Shown here: piece by piece, positions 10,415 through 23,119 of the stretch | Layout: every line of letters starts with the position of its first letter | Numbering within the stretch: position 1 is the stretch's first letter | From: Eledone cirrhosa | Taxonomy: Eukaryota | Reading direction: 5' to 3' | Assembly (NCBI GenBank): GCA_964016885.1 | Contig: CAXHJY010000834.1 | Span: 62,001 to 126,000, forward strand | DNA length: 64,000 nt | Position numbers and translations under genes: made by a program | Notes under the pieces: model-generated | Told to the model about the DNA's origin: nothing | The model's database searches: none | Seen by the model: the letters and a program-made list of their open reading frames with translations, nothing else

Positions 10415-13400
10415 TCATGACAATAGCGCATTGTGAAATTTGGTGATCATCGAGTATAGGACAGAGTCGATGTATTTTTTTAGAACACGGTAAGGGCCAG
10501 AATATGGAGGTTGAAGATGAGCTGAGATGGTGTCGTTTCGAACGAAAACGTGTGTCCAATCTTTAATGTCTGAAGGTACATGTGTGGCCGTGTTCTGTTG
10601 ACGGATGCTTGCAGGAGCAAGGTGAGACATATATTGTCGAAGACGGTGTACATATGATCCTGGGTCTGGAATGTCCTGAGGAGAGATGGGAGCAACCATC
10701 TGACCAGGTAGAACCAGGGTGGTGCTGTACACTAATTCTGCAGGTGTGTGTCCGAATTCTTCCTTAACGGTGGATCGAATGCCCAGAAGGATGAGTGGCA
10801 GGTATTCAAACCAGTGGGTCTTGTCTGGATATGCTTTTATTGCAACTTTTAATTGGCGATGAAATCTTTGCACGAGACTATTAGCTTGCAGGTGATAAGC
10901 TGTCGTGCGGATGTGTTTACATCCTAACAGGCGAGTCAGTTCCCTGAAGAGGTGGGAGTCAAATTCGCGTCCTCTGTCTGTTATCTTAACGTGATACTCA
11001 GTGTAAAACCAAAGTTTTAGCGACTGTTTCCGCTGAGGTATCACTTATGGGAAAAGCCTCAGGCCAACGGGAAAAACGATCTATGCAGGTTAGCAAGTGT
11101 GTGCAGTTCTGTGATGGTGGTAGAGGTCCGACGATGTCGATATGCACATGATGAAAACGTGCATCAGGTTGTGCGAATGTGCCGAGTGGAGTTTTGATGT
11201 GTCTGTGGACTTTGGCTTTCTGGCAGGCAATGCAGCTCCTGGACCAGTCGCGCACGTCCTTGTTAATGTTAGTCCACACAAAACGAGCAGAGATGAGTTT
11301 CTGTGTAGCCCGGATTCCTGGGTGAGACAAACAGTGTAAAGCAGAAAAAACTTGTCAACGATGCATCTGTGGTACGTACGGTTGTTCATGACCGGTAGAA
11401 AGGTCACACCAAATTTGTCCCGGAGAAGAAGGAATGGGAACTTGCTGAAACTTGAGGGATGGCGAATCTCGGAGCTTGATAAACTCTTCGTCAATCTCTT
11501 GGTCAGCTGCGATCTGTTGAAGGTCGATGCCTGAATGTACATGTATTGCGGTCAGCTGGATTTGGAACAGGGCGTCGGCTGCTACGTTGTCTGATCCCTT
11601 GATATGCCGAATATTAGTTGAATATGGGAGACAAAATCCAGGTGGCGGAGTTCTCTCGGTGAATGTCAATCAGATTTGGTATGGAACGCATAAACTAGTG
11701 CTTTATGGTCCGTGTAGATCACGAAATCCGATCCTTTGAGCATGTGACGAAAATGTTTAACCGAAAGGTAGGTTGCCAAGAGTTCGCGGCCAAACGTACT
11801 GTATTTGGTTTCTGCAGGTTGCAACCGCTTAGAAAAGAAGGATAAGGGTTGCCAAACGCCATCGACATGTTGTTGTAAAACGCCTCCAACCCCTGTGTCT
11901 GATGCGTCCACTAGTAGCGAAAGAGGAGCGCCAGATTTGGGGAAAACGAGCATGGAAGCATTTGCCAATATTTCCTTCAGGCGGTTGAAAGACGTTAATT
12001 CTTCCTCGTTCAGAGTGATGTCTTCGTTTTTCCGAGTCCGGTTGCGAAGAAGGTCCGTGAGGAGTCTGACTCCGTCGGCACAATGAGGGATGAAACGCCT
12101 ATAGAAATTCACCAAACCGAGGAATTCACGCAGTTTCCGAAGTGATGTAGGTGCGGGAAAATTGCGGAAAGCTTCTACTTTCTCAGGAAGTGGACGAATG
12201 CCGTCTTTATCGATGATGTGCCCGAGAAAGGACAGTTAAGGAACACCGAGAAGGGCGTTGATGATAATACCGCACTCGGCCAAACGTTGGAAAAGAAGAT
12301 CTAAGTGCTTCTCATGTTCTTGCTCGGAAGTACTTGCTATACTACTAGCACGTCGTCGATATACGCGTATACAAACGGTAAATCATGTAACACGGTGTCA
12401 ATAAACTGCTGAAAAGTTTGTGCAGCGTTGCGCAGACCGAATGGCATTCGCAGGAATTCGAATAAACCGAACGGTGTTGTGATTGCGGATTTCGGAATAT
12501 CTGCAGGCTCCAGAGGTATCTGGTTATATGTTCGTACCAAATCTATCTTGGAAAAGATGCATGCGCCTTGCAGAGAGGCAGAAAAGTCGTGCAAGTGAGA
12601 TACAGGGTAATTATCGGGTACTGTGGAATTGTTGAGTGCACAATAATCCCCACATGGTCGCCAATCATTCTCTGTTTTCTTAGGAACAAGGTGTAGGGGT
12701 GCAGACCAGTTGCTGGAGGAAGAGCGAATGATTCCGAGGTCCAGCATGTGTTGAAACTCCTGTTTGGCGATTCTCAATCGGTCTGGAAGCAGTCTCCTTG
12801 GACGAGCAGCCGTGGGTGATCCTCTTGGCTCGATGTGATGTGTGACACTATGTTTAATAGGTCCATCCTTAAATACCGGACGAGTGATGTCTGGGTATTT
12901 CTGGAGAATGCCGTTGTAACGCGAAGGCTCTGACTGGCAAATTACAGGGCTCACTGTGGATTGCGTGGTAAATATACCTCTCACAGTGAGGTTTGTGGTG
13001 GTGTCAATAAGCCTCCGGTTCTTCATGTCCACCAGAAGGTTGAAGTGGTGGAGAAAATCGGCTCCTAAGATAGGGGTCGGCAGGTCTGCCACGATGAATA
13101 CCCATTGAAAACGACGCCTCAGGCCTAAATTGAGGGTCAGTGATTTCTCTCCGAAAGTCGGAATCGACGATTGGTTCAATGCCTGCAGAAAGGACGGTGT
13201 TGGGTATCTTTTGCCCGAGACTAGTGAAACAGGAATAACACTAACCTGGGCTCCTGTATTCACGAGGTAACGGATGCCTGTCGCTTGGTTGTTGATAAAA
13301 AACAGACGACTTTTCTTCTCAGTACCAGGGGTGAACGTCGTCGCTAGGCCCTGGGTGGTATTCTGGAAAGAGCACGGGGCCTTGCACTTAGATGCCTGTG

Positions 13401-13610
13401 TGCCGAATTCTGCGTGATACCAGCAGAGGTTGCCAGACACATGATTTTGACTGGGACTTCTGGATCTTCGACTGAGAAAATGCCTGGATCGACTTTGCTG
13501 TATCGCCGGTGTGTTTGAAAGGTCAGGTTCTCTACTTGATTTGAGAGAGCTTTAAATTCGACCAGCTTGAAGCTCTGAAATCTCGACCTCTGTGGTTGGT
13601 TGTGACATGT
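10415..13610 (-). pseudogene. Gypsy gag-pol, frameshifted, with Gag largely deleted
   Basis: Protease YLVNTGA (catalytic D to N), [14 protein letters not shown], RNase H VDASDTGVG..RELLA..YTDH, integrase HPG..CIAC, HIDIVGP, TDRGREF and C-terminal PYSGPY. Confidence 0.93.
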
Positions 13611-13640
13611 CCATGTTGGTATCTTGTTAGGCTGCTGTCT

Positions 13641-13672
13641 GGTTGCGTGTTCAAATCACGTCGGGGTCACCA
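13641..13672 (-). other. Primer-binding site complementary to tRNA-Trp (32 nt)
   Basis: Plus strand GGTTGCGTGTTCAAATCACGTCGGGGTCACCA equals the 3' end of metazoan tRNA-Trp(CCA) including CCA, as recalled. It lies 2 nt from the 5' LTR. Confidence 0.9.
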
Positions 13673-13674
13673 AT

Positions 13675-14097
13675 TGTAGTGACGTGATTAGTCGGTCTGG
13701 TCACTACTTCTGATTGGATCCAAGAATAGCTTTAAAAGGAATGTTATCACATACGGTCTGATCAGATCTGCGGATAGCCCTTAAAAGGACTGTTGTCACA
13801 TACGGTAAGGATGAACAGACGAAAGCACAAGTTGAAAGGACGAGCAAGGCGAGAAATGTAGTTGACAAACGTGGCAGAGGAGAGGAACAACGATACGCTA
13901 GCTGACTCTGCCAAAGTCGACTGCCGAAAGTGTTCGGAATCACTCTATTTATACAAAAATAATCGTTTGATGTTTAGCCGCTGCGTAGGCGTTTTATTTT
14001 GGTGACTTTAAGGGTTGTTTGTTTCACGGTGAGGTAGCTAGCTAAGCAGATAGATGGAGTTGTTTATTTCACAGATGTTATTTCCAGTGGCTGTACA
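13675..14097 (-). repeat. 5' LTR (423 bp)
   Basis: Matches 9856-10341 apart from substitutions and a ~63-bp indel. Confidence 0.92.
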
Positions 14098-14124
14098 TAT
14101 GCATATATATTTAATATATATGTA

Positions 14125-16906
14125 TCATCATCATCATCACCGTTTTACGTCCGTTCTTCCACGCTAGCATGGGTTAGACGGGTTGTCCTGTTGTGTGCAG
14201 TGTCTGGCTGACCATGCCTTGCTCATACAGGAACTGATCTGGCTTGATTTCTACAGCTGGATGCCCTTCCTAACACCAACCTCATTTACAGTGAGTGCTG
14301 GGTGCTTTTTCGTGGCGCCTACACGTCCACTTTACAGTGTGGGCTGGGTGCTTTTTGCCGTGGCACCTCCACGACCACCTTGTGGTGGGGGGTGTGGGGA
14401 CATATTGTTTATATGCTTCAGCATGTACCCATGGGAGGTCGGGTACTCTGTATTACTGCGTGACGCCAGAAGTCACAGTCGTGTGTCAATGTCTTTGAGA
14501 GGTGTAATTGGGTAAGGTCGGCTTTTATCACCTCATCCCAGGTCATCTTGGGTCTCCCCACTCCGCGGTTTCCATCAACTTCTAGTGCTCTGCACCTTTT
14601 TATGCAGCTGTCATCCTTCATACGCATCACATGCCCATACCAGCGCAACCGCCTCTCCTGCACACAGCATTTGATTCCTCTTATGCTCAGTCTCTCTCTC
14701 AATTCATTTATGCTTTGTCGTTCACGTATATTACTGTTACACATCCATCAGAGCATGCAGGCTTCGTTTCTCTCTAATCTACGTAAGTCTTCCACCTTCA
14801 GCGCCCAGGTCTCACTACCATGCAACATCGCTGTTCGGATACACGCATCATACAGTCTGCCTTTCATTCTGAGGGAGAAGCCTTTTGCAGCTAGCAGTGG
14901 TAGTAGTTCCCTAAACTTCTTCCATCCCGTTCTTACCCTAGTTATTGTACTTTCTGAACACCCACCTCCGTTGCTAATTCAGTCACCTAGGTAGCAGAAG
15001 CTGTCTACTGTTTCTACAGGGCCCTCCCAGAGATTGGTGGTACTTGTTTCCTGTGGCTGTTTGCTGCTTACTGTTTCAGCACAGCTGCTGCATGTGAATC
15101 CTACATTCTTAATTAAGCTTCCTGAGATCCCGCTACATCTCTTGTGTACCCATTGTTTGCATTTGGGGCAGAGAATGGAGTTCCTACCTACACCTTTCCA
15201 ACATACTGAGCAAGGCCATTTCCCTGAGGGGATCTGGGTTCTGTTTTCTCGTCTACTTACAAGGACCTTAGTCTTTGTTATGTTGACTTTGAGACCCTTT
15301 CTCTCTAGTCCCTGCTTCCAGGTTTGGAATTTATTCTCTAGTTCTATCATAGATTCAGCTATGAGTGCGAGGTCATCAGCATACAGGAGTTCCCATGGGC
15401 ATCCGGTCTTAAATTCCTCCGTTATTGCCTGCAGGACTATGATGAACAGGAGAGGGCTAAGAACAGAGCCCTGGTGGACCCCAACCTGTACGCTAAATTC
15501 CTCGCTATACTCATTGCTAATCCTAACTTTGCTGACTGCTCCCCTATACATGGCTTGTACCGCTTTCACAAGCCATTCATCTACTCCTGGTTTTCTAAGA
15601 GCCCACCAGATTACAGCACGTGGAACTCTGTCAAAGGCTTTCTCAAGGTCGACAAATGCCAAGTAGAGTGGCTTACTTTTAGCTAGGTACTTTTCCTGTA
15701 ATTGCCTCACAAGGAAGAGGGCATCAGTGGTGCCTCTTCCTGGTACAAACCCAAATTGCATCTCGTCTATATTCACCCGGTCCCTAATCAGCTGTGCTAT
15801 AACTCTTTCTGTTACTTTCATGACCTGGTCCATCAACTTTATACCTCTATAGTTTCCTCTATCTAGTGCGTCACCTCTGCCTTTGTAGCAGTTGACAATG
15901 ATGCTACTGCACCAATCTTTTGGTATGGCCCCTTCTAGTATTACCTGGTTAACGATACGTGTGGTTATAGTGTGACCTACAGACCCAGATGCCTTCAGCA
16001 TCTCGGCAGCTATACGCGATGGACCGGTTGCCTTCCCCATCTTCATATCTCTGATTGCCTTACTTACTACGCTGCCGCTGACTTGTACTGCTGGTCCCTC
16101 TATAGGGTCTACTTGGGGTAGGGTCTCTTCTTCCCATGCATTCTCCTCATTTAGTAATCTATCATAATGACTCTTCCATGCATCTTTCTTCTCAGCACTT
16201 GTGAGGGCAAGCTCACCTTTATCATTCCGGATACACTTCTCTACAATGACATCACAACTCTCTCTGACACACTGCCTCGCAATCTTGAACACCTCCTGTT
16301 TCTGGTCCTCACGTTGCAAAACATGCTTGAATTTTCTATCCTCTGCTTCCCTCCTAGCTAAGTATACTTGTCGCCTAGCTTCCCTCTTGGTCTCTATGTA
16401 ATGTACCCTGCTCCCCCCGTTCTTCCATTCTTTCCATGACTGTCTCTTGGCCCTGACTGCTTCATCTACCTTATTGTTCCACCACCAAGTCACTCTCCTC
16501 CTGCTTGAGGTCTTACTCCAGCCACAGACCTCGTCCGTCGCCTCTAGTAAATTATTTTTTAGGAACTCCCAGTTCTCTTCTACATTAAATGTCTCTATCT
16601 GTTCTTCTTTACTGTCGTAGGCGTTGAGTAAAATATCTTTAAATCTGTTACTGGTTGAGGGGACTTTCAGCTTCCAGATCTTTCTTCTCCAGGTTGGCCT
16701 CTGTTTCAGGGCTCGTCTAGTTCTGACCGTGAGGTCGCTGACAACTAAGCTATGTTGGGATGTACATTCCTCACTAGGGAAGGCTTTTGTGTTTACGACC
16801 GTCCATCTGTCACGTCCTCTGATGAGGATAAAATCTAACTGACTAGAGTGCTCCCCTGATCTATAGGTGATCAGGTGGTTGTCGGGTTTTTTAAAGTTTG
16901 TGTTCA
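14125..16906 (-). mobile_element. RTE LINE, 5'-truncated, well preserved
   Basis: ORF 14979-16961 has [26 protein letters not shown] and the Cys-rich insert. A stop separates it from 14418-14744. A 3' UTR and (GAT)n tail end at 14125. Confidence 0.95.
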
Positions 16907-17141
16907 TGTACCACCAGCCTAATGAGCTTTTCATCCACGCCTTTCTCCCTTGCAATGGCACGCATCAACTTGCTAGGTTCATTGTTGATGATATCCTGAA
17001 CTTCAGCAACGAACTCGGGCGTTCTGAAGGCGTCAGATCGTCGATCATGTGTTTTCCTCTCTGATGTTGCTTCGTAGTTGAATCCTGAATCTTCCAATTC
17101 CTTTCTGACCTTTTCCACCATTCTCCTGCTGACGCTGAGAA
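16907..17141 (-). mobile_element. maT/mariner internal fragment
   Basis: Near-identical to 19237-19468 (reverse) and 22337-22565. Confidence 0.9.
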
Positions 17142-17179
17142 AGTATATATGTGTATATATATACATATATATATATATA

Positions 17180-18746
17180 ATATATCTATCTATCTAAGGC
17201 GGGTAAAATTCCCGAGATCCATGGACGAGTTCTCTCCAGCGGTCTCTGTCCCTCATTATCACTGCCATATCCTGCATCTCCAACAGACCAGTGTCTGTCC
17301 TTAGGGCATCAACATATGTTAACCTTGGTCTTCCTCTTCTAGTGTGTCCATGTAGGGGCTCCCAAAGGAGCACTGAGTGCAATGTCAACTCTGGATGTCG
17401 GTGAGCATGTCCAGCCAACCTCAGTCTCCTCTGTGTCACTTTTGAGCTGACTTTTGGGATGCTCCCATACAGCTCTGAGTTTTTCATCCTCAGTGTATAC
17501 TGATTAATGTTCAGAGCCATCCTCAGCATTCTCGTGTAGCACCCATCCACCATCTGAGTGAGTCTCTTGGTCAGTGTCCAAGTCTCAGACCCATACAGCA
17601 GCACAGACTCCACTACAGCAATGAAGAGGCGGATTTTCAGGTCTCTACGAAGGTCCGACTTCTACACCGATCTCAAGCTGTGACACGCCGCCCAGGCCTT
17701 GCTCTTCCTCTCAACCACATCATCCTCCGCATTTCCAATCTTTGCTCCCAAATACAGGAAGTCCTTAACCAATTCCAGCGGCTTCCCGCCTACATTAGTG
17801 ATCCCCTCTGGCTTCTCAACATTCTCTACCAGATATTTTGTTTTAGTCTCATTCATTCTCAGCCCCACACTCATCGACACAGTCTCAACCTCCCGCATCA
17901 AATCCTCTGCCTCCTTCACTGTATTTGTCACCAAAACTATGTCGTCGGCAAATTCAGCATCCGATACCTTTTTCGCCCCAACTCTCCTGCTCTGAGCCGG
18001 TGCTACAGTAAAGCCAGTGTCCTGGTGTTTCTCCAGTGCAAGGCGCATACAATAGTCCACTACGATGATAAAAAGGTAGGGAGCCAATGTATCTCCCTGG
18101 AGCACTCCAGCCAGTATCTCAAAGAACTCTGTCATCCCATCAGGTGTAATGACTTAGGCTTTGGTGTTGGTGTAGAGCAGTGATATCAGGTCCACTATCC
18201 TCTTGGGGATTCCATAAGCCTGTAAGATCTTCATCAGGCAGTAACGGTCCACAGAATCAAAGGCCTTCCTAAAATCAATGAAAACCATGACCGCAGGAAG
18301 GCACTTTGCTCTAGCTCCCTCTAATATCCTCCTCAGCATCAGGATGTGACTGGTGGTTGATCTACCCTCTCTGAAGCCGTTCTGGTTGTCCCTGAGCTTC
18401 TTCTCCATCTCAGGCTGGATCCTGTTAAGAATCATCCTGTTGAGGGTCTTTGCTACAAGTGATGTCAGTGAGATCCCCCAGTAGTTGTTGGTGTTAGAGA
18501 GATCTCCCTTCTTTGGCACTGGGACGATGTTACTGATCCTCCACTGATTCGGGGCAACTCCTTTCTCCAGTGCCCCGTTACAGAACCCCAAGATGATATC
18601 ATCAAAATCACACCTCCTCATCACCTCTGATGCCACTCCATCTTCTCCATGAGCCTTGCCCTCCTTGATCTTCTTCTTGGCTCTCTGAAGCTCCTCTCTG
18701 GTGAAGGGCTCTGTCTCAACATCCAGTTCCTCAAACAGCCGCCTGA
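17180..18746 (-). mobile_element. Second RTE-type LINE family, 5'-truncated, one reading frame with two premature stops
   Basis: ORFs 18154-18636, 17662-18135 and 17194-17613 share a frame: PVPKKGD, FIDFRKAFDSV, GVLQGDTLAP, FADD, FLYLG, LLYGSETW. There is no Cys insert, and the tail is (GATA)n. Confidence 0.92.
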
Positions 18747-18754
18747 TTATATAT

Positions 18755-18791
<37 letters not shown>

Positions 18792-18849
18792 ACCACTACA
18801 GGAATTGAAAATTCAAGACCTTAGCGGTATGTCGCATATCCAATCTCTT

Positions 18850-18948
18850 ATATATTTCATCTGATGAAAATGTAGTGAAACACCATTGTACCTTTGAACA
18901 TTGAAATATGTATAATACACATTGAAATATGTATAATAAAATATATAT
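18850..18948 (+). ncRNA. Degenerate hammerhead-like motif
   Basis: atatatttcat CTGATGA aaatg...catt GAAA tatgta TA, with a 20-bp duplication of the GAAA half. Confidence 0.35.
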
Positions 18949-18999
18949 TTTGGTTATGATATTTCTCATTTATTAATATTTTGAATAATATTATATATA

Positions 19000-20178
19000 C
19001 AGGGTGTGGACGATATTTGTTTGCAATTTTCAACTGCTAATTTTTTGCAAATTTTCTGCAAATTTTTTTTACTTCCTTTGTCACTCTTGTCTTCATAAAA
19101 ACAGTGACTATATTTGCATTATTTATTTTCAGAATAATTGATTATGAATAATTTTGAACCTCCAAATTTGTGGAAGAGACACGGAGTTCTTCTTGGAATT
19201 CGCGCCGGGAGGACAAATAAGGAAATTTCAGACTTTCTCAGCGTCAGCAGGAGAATGGTGGAAAAGGTCAGAAAGGAATTGGAAGATTCAGGATTCAACT
19301 ACGAAGCAACATCAGAGGAAAACACATGATCGACGATCTGACGCCTTCAGAACGCCCGAGTTCGTTGCTGAAGTTCAGGATATCATCAACAATGAACCTA
19401 GCAAGTTGATGCGTGCCATTGCAAGGGAGAAAGGCGTGGATGAAAAGCTCATTAGGCTGGTGGTACATGAAGACATTCGCTACGTTTCATACAAGATGAG
19501 GAAAGGATAATTTCTGTCAAGGGCGATGCAAGAAAAGCGACTGAAGAACGTAAAGAAGCTGATCAACAAGTTGAAACACCCACTGGAGCCAGACATGCTG
19601 TGGTTTTTCTCCGACGAGAAAAACTTCTACCAAGACCAGAATATCAACTCCCAGAACAACAGGTTGCTCGCTGTTTCATCCAAAGACGTGCCCAGAGTCA
19701 TGCAGACAAAGTTTCCAGCGACACATTGGTCTTAGGTGTCGTCAGCAGTCAAGGTGACGTCATGCCACCTCACTTTTTCCCTGAGGGCCTCAAGCTGAAC
19801 ACCGATGGCTACAGGTAGGTCGTACGTGTTGCAGCAAGACTCAGCGCCCTGCCATACCAGCAGAAAGACCCAAGCCTGGCTGTCAGAGAACTTCGTCGAC
19901 CACACTTCACCCGACATCTGGCCTCCCAGCTCGCCTGACTGCAACCCCCTCAACTTCTCTGTGTGGGGCGCAGTGGAACGAGACACCAACAGATCTAGCT
20001 GCAATACGAAAGACGATCTGGAGGCCAGGATCACAAGTGCCTTTAGGGGCCTAAGTCGGGGGACAGTGACGAAGGCCTGTCGCCGGTTCAAATCATGAAG
20101 ACAAACTGACCCAAGTTTGATAAATATATCTTAAAAAATAAAACTACTATGTTATCTTTTCCTAGACAGTAATCTTGC
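19000..20178 (+). mobile_element. Tc1/mariner DD37D (maT) DNA transposon, defective
   Basis: TA followed by TIR cagggtgtggacgatatttgtttgcaa. Transposase fragments WFFSDEK, QQDSAPCH and SPDCNPL are present with frameshifts. The right TIR is truncated. Confidence 0.92.
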
Positions 20179-20584
20179 TATGTTTGCAATTCTTTCAGAG
20201 CACCGTTTCGAATGTGTACGACGAGTATGATAGCGTTGTTCTCGACAAAAACTATTTGGCACTCAAATTATAATTCTTCCCGGCAACCATGGACAATGGT
20301 ACCTTTCCCCCACCTCCATCCTTCTTTCTTGGCAACCTTAAATCCATTATCACTTATATCATTTTCATTCTTTTTTCTCCCGTCTTTATTTACACAAGGA
20401 ACACCGGAAAAAGCGTCACCGCCTTCAGCTCCACTTCCTCTTATACGAAGACAACGGACCAGCCTCTCAAAGAAGAGGAAAATTTTTTTATATTTCTTTG
20501 TATATATAAATGATATATATATATTTATATAATTATATATTTTTATAGCTATATATTTGTGTATACATACACACACATATATAT

Positions 20585-20617
<33 letters not shown>

Positions 20618-20675
20618 GCGAAATCTCTTCACGCATATATATTATATATATATTTTAAATATATACATATATATT

Positions 20676-20710
<35 letters not shown>

Positions 20711-21324
20711 TATATATACTCACACACAAATATATATATAGTGTTTATCCATATGTATAAGTTATTTCTGTGCCGTTATTTCGTTAACGAGTCACACCTA
20801 CCTTCCTCTCCAACAGCATCAACAACAGGAACATACAATCGATTGCCAAGGTAATTCAGACTGCTTTCGATTCTTTGAACTTTTAGTTTTGCTTATTTAT
20901 CTCTCATTATCTTTTCACTTGTTTTTTTAATTTTATTTTTCTTGTTCTCCTTTCACTTCCTCTTCGAAAGGATGGATAGGATCGGACCGGACAACTCGGC
21001 ACCGATCGTCACAACTTGCAAGTCTTACCGATAATTCTTCTATTATAATTCCATTGTGGATATTTTAGTCGATATAAAATATGAGATCGAACTGTCAATG
21101 CTTGATTGTCTTACTTTACGTTCCACTCCGGAAGTATGAAAGGCGAAGTTGACCTCCGTAGGATTTGAACTCGGAGTATTTTCTCCGACGCTCCAACATT
21201 TCTCTTAAATCTACCTATTTCAGAATCATATATATAACTCGTTATTTGTGTCTTTGTTTTCATTTTTCTTTGCAAAGATCAAAAGAAAAGAAAATCATTT
21301 TCGTCTGTTCTAACCCCCCCCCCC

Positions 21325-21413
<89 letters not shown>

Positions 21414-21487
21414 AAAAGGTAAACATAACAAAAATAACAAAACAAACGATACAGTATATGGAATATATATATATATATATATATATT

Positions 21488-22699
21488 CAGGGTGCGGACG
21501 ATATTTGTTCGCAAGATTTACTGTCTAGGAAAAGATAACACAGTAGTTTTATTTTTAAAGATATATTTATCAAACTTGGGTCAGTTTGTCTTCATGACTT
21601 GTTCTTTCGATCTCACTCGATAAACCCGCCATTGGCTTTGATGACGGCCTCAAGGCGACCTCGGAACCGGCTACAGGCCTTCGTCACTGTCCCCCGACTT
21701 AAGCCCCTAAAGGCACTTGTGATCCTGGCCTTCAGATCGTCTTTCGTATTGCAGCTAGATCTGTTGGTGTCTCGTTCCACTGCGCCCCACACAAAGAAGT
21801 CGAGGGGGTTGCAGTCAGGCGAGCTGGGAGGCCAGATGTCAGGTGAAGTGTGGTCGACGAAGTTCTCTGACAACCAGGCTTGCGTCTTTCGGCTGGTATG
21901 GCAGGGCGCTGAGTCTTGCTGCCACACGTACGGCCTACCTGCAGCTACCTGGTCGATCCAGGGCTTTACTACCTCTCTCAGAATGCGGATGTAGCCATCG
22001 GTGTTCAGCTTGAGGCCTTCAGGGAAGAAGTGAGGTGGCATGACGTCACCTTGACTGCTGACGACACCTAAGACCAATGTTGTCGCTGGAAACTTTGTCT
22101 GCATGACTCTGGGCACGTCTTTGGATGAAACAGCGAGCCACCTGTTGTTCTGGGAGTTGATCTTCTGGTCTTGGCAGAAATGTTTCTCGTCGGAGAAAAA
22201 CCACAGCATATCTGGCTCCAGTGGGTGTTTCAACTTGTTGATCAGCTTCTTTACGTTCTTCAGTCGCTTTTCTTGCATCGCCTTTGACAGAAATTGTCCT
22301 TTCCTCATCTTGTATGAAACGTAGCGAATGTCTTAATGTACCACCAGCCTAATGAGCTTTTCATCCACGCCTTTCTCCCTTGCAATGGCACACATCGACT
22401 TGCTATGTTCATTGTTGATGATATCCTGAACTTCCGCAACGAACTCTGGCGTTCTGAAGGCGTCAGATCGTCGATCATGTGTTTTCCTCTCTGATGTTGC
22501 TTCGTAGTTGAATCCTGAATCTTCCAATTCCTTTCTGACCTTTTCCACCATTCTCCTGCTGAGAAAGTCTGAAATTTCCTTATTTGTCCTCCCGGCACGG
22601 ATTCCAAGAACTCCGTGTCTCTTCTACAAATTTGGAGGTTCAAAATTATTCATAATCAATTATTCTGAAAATAAATAATGGAAATATAGTCACACCCTG
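21488..22699 (-). mobile_element. Tc1/mariner DD37D (maT) DNA transposon
   Basis: TIR cagggtgcggacgatatttgttcgcaa at 21488, and a shortened opposite end cacaccctg followed by TA. Confidence 0.93.
21613..22308 (-). pseudogene. DD37D transposase catalytic domain (open), with the N-terminal HTH region disrupted upstream
   Basis: FSDEK...QQD-37 residues-D (SPDCNPLD), spacing counted directly. Confidence 0.9.
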
Positions 22700-22709
22700 T
22701 ATATATATA

Positions 22710-23097
22710 TCATCACTATTTAACGTCCATTTTTCCATGCTAGCATGGGTTAAACGAGTTGTCCTGTTGTGAGATAGGTATACATATATCTATTAAAATG
22801 CTGTTGAGAGAGAAACTGTGTATAAGAGGGATAGGCTGTACTGTGCGGGAGAGAAGACTGCATTGGTATGGACATGTGATGCGCGTGGAGGATGACCGCT
22901 GGGTAAAGAAGTGCCAAGATATCCCAGTAGAAGGAAGACCACAAAAAAACATGGGCAGAGGTGGTGAGAGCAGACCTCAGATCACTGAAGCTCACAGAGG
23001 AGATGACAAAGGACCGTGACGAATGGAGAGATTCCGTGCTGAATAGGACCTGTCCCACCCTTGCAAGTAGGGAAAAGCGGACGTAAAATGATGATCA
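22710..23097. mobile_element. Two RTE 3'-end fragments in opposite orientation
   Basis: Minus-strand terminus at 22710-22770. Plus-strand [13 protein letters not shown] with short UTR and (ATG)n tail at 22795-23097. Confidence 0.8.
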
Positions 23098-23119
23098 TAT
23101 ATATATATATATATATAAA

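Larger units (their letters stand above)
9856..14097 (-). mobile_element. Ty3/Gypsy LTR retrotransposon, CsRn1-like, defective provirus with two LTRs
   Basis: TG..CA LTRs at 13675-14097 and 9856-10341, 4-bp TSD TATG (9852-9855 and 14098-14101) and a tRNA-Trp PBS. Gag has a CHCC motif (CWYH..C..C). Domain order is PR-RT-RH-IN. Confidence 0.95.

Noticed and set aside
13641-13672. tRNA-Trp gene
   Set aside because: Only the 3' 32 nt are present, they include the non-templated CCA, and they sit exactly at the PBS position.
14548-16842. Long plus-strand ORFs overlapping LINEs (similar ones at 261, 17680, 34612 and 41489)
   Set aside because: They are antisense shadows of RT coding sequence.
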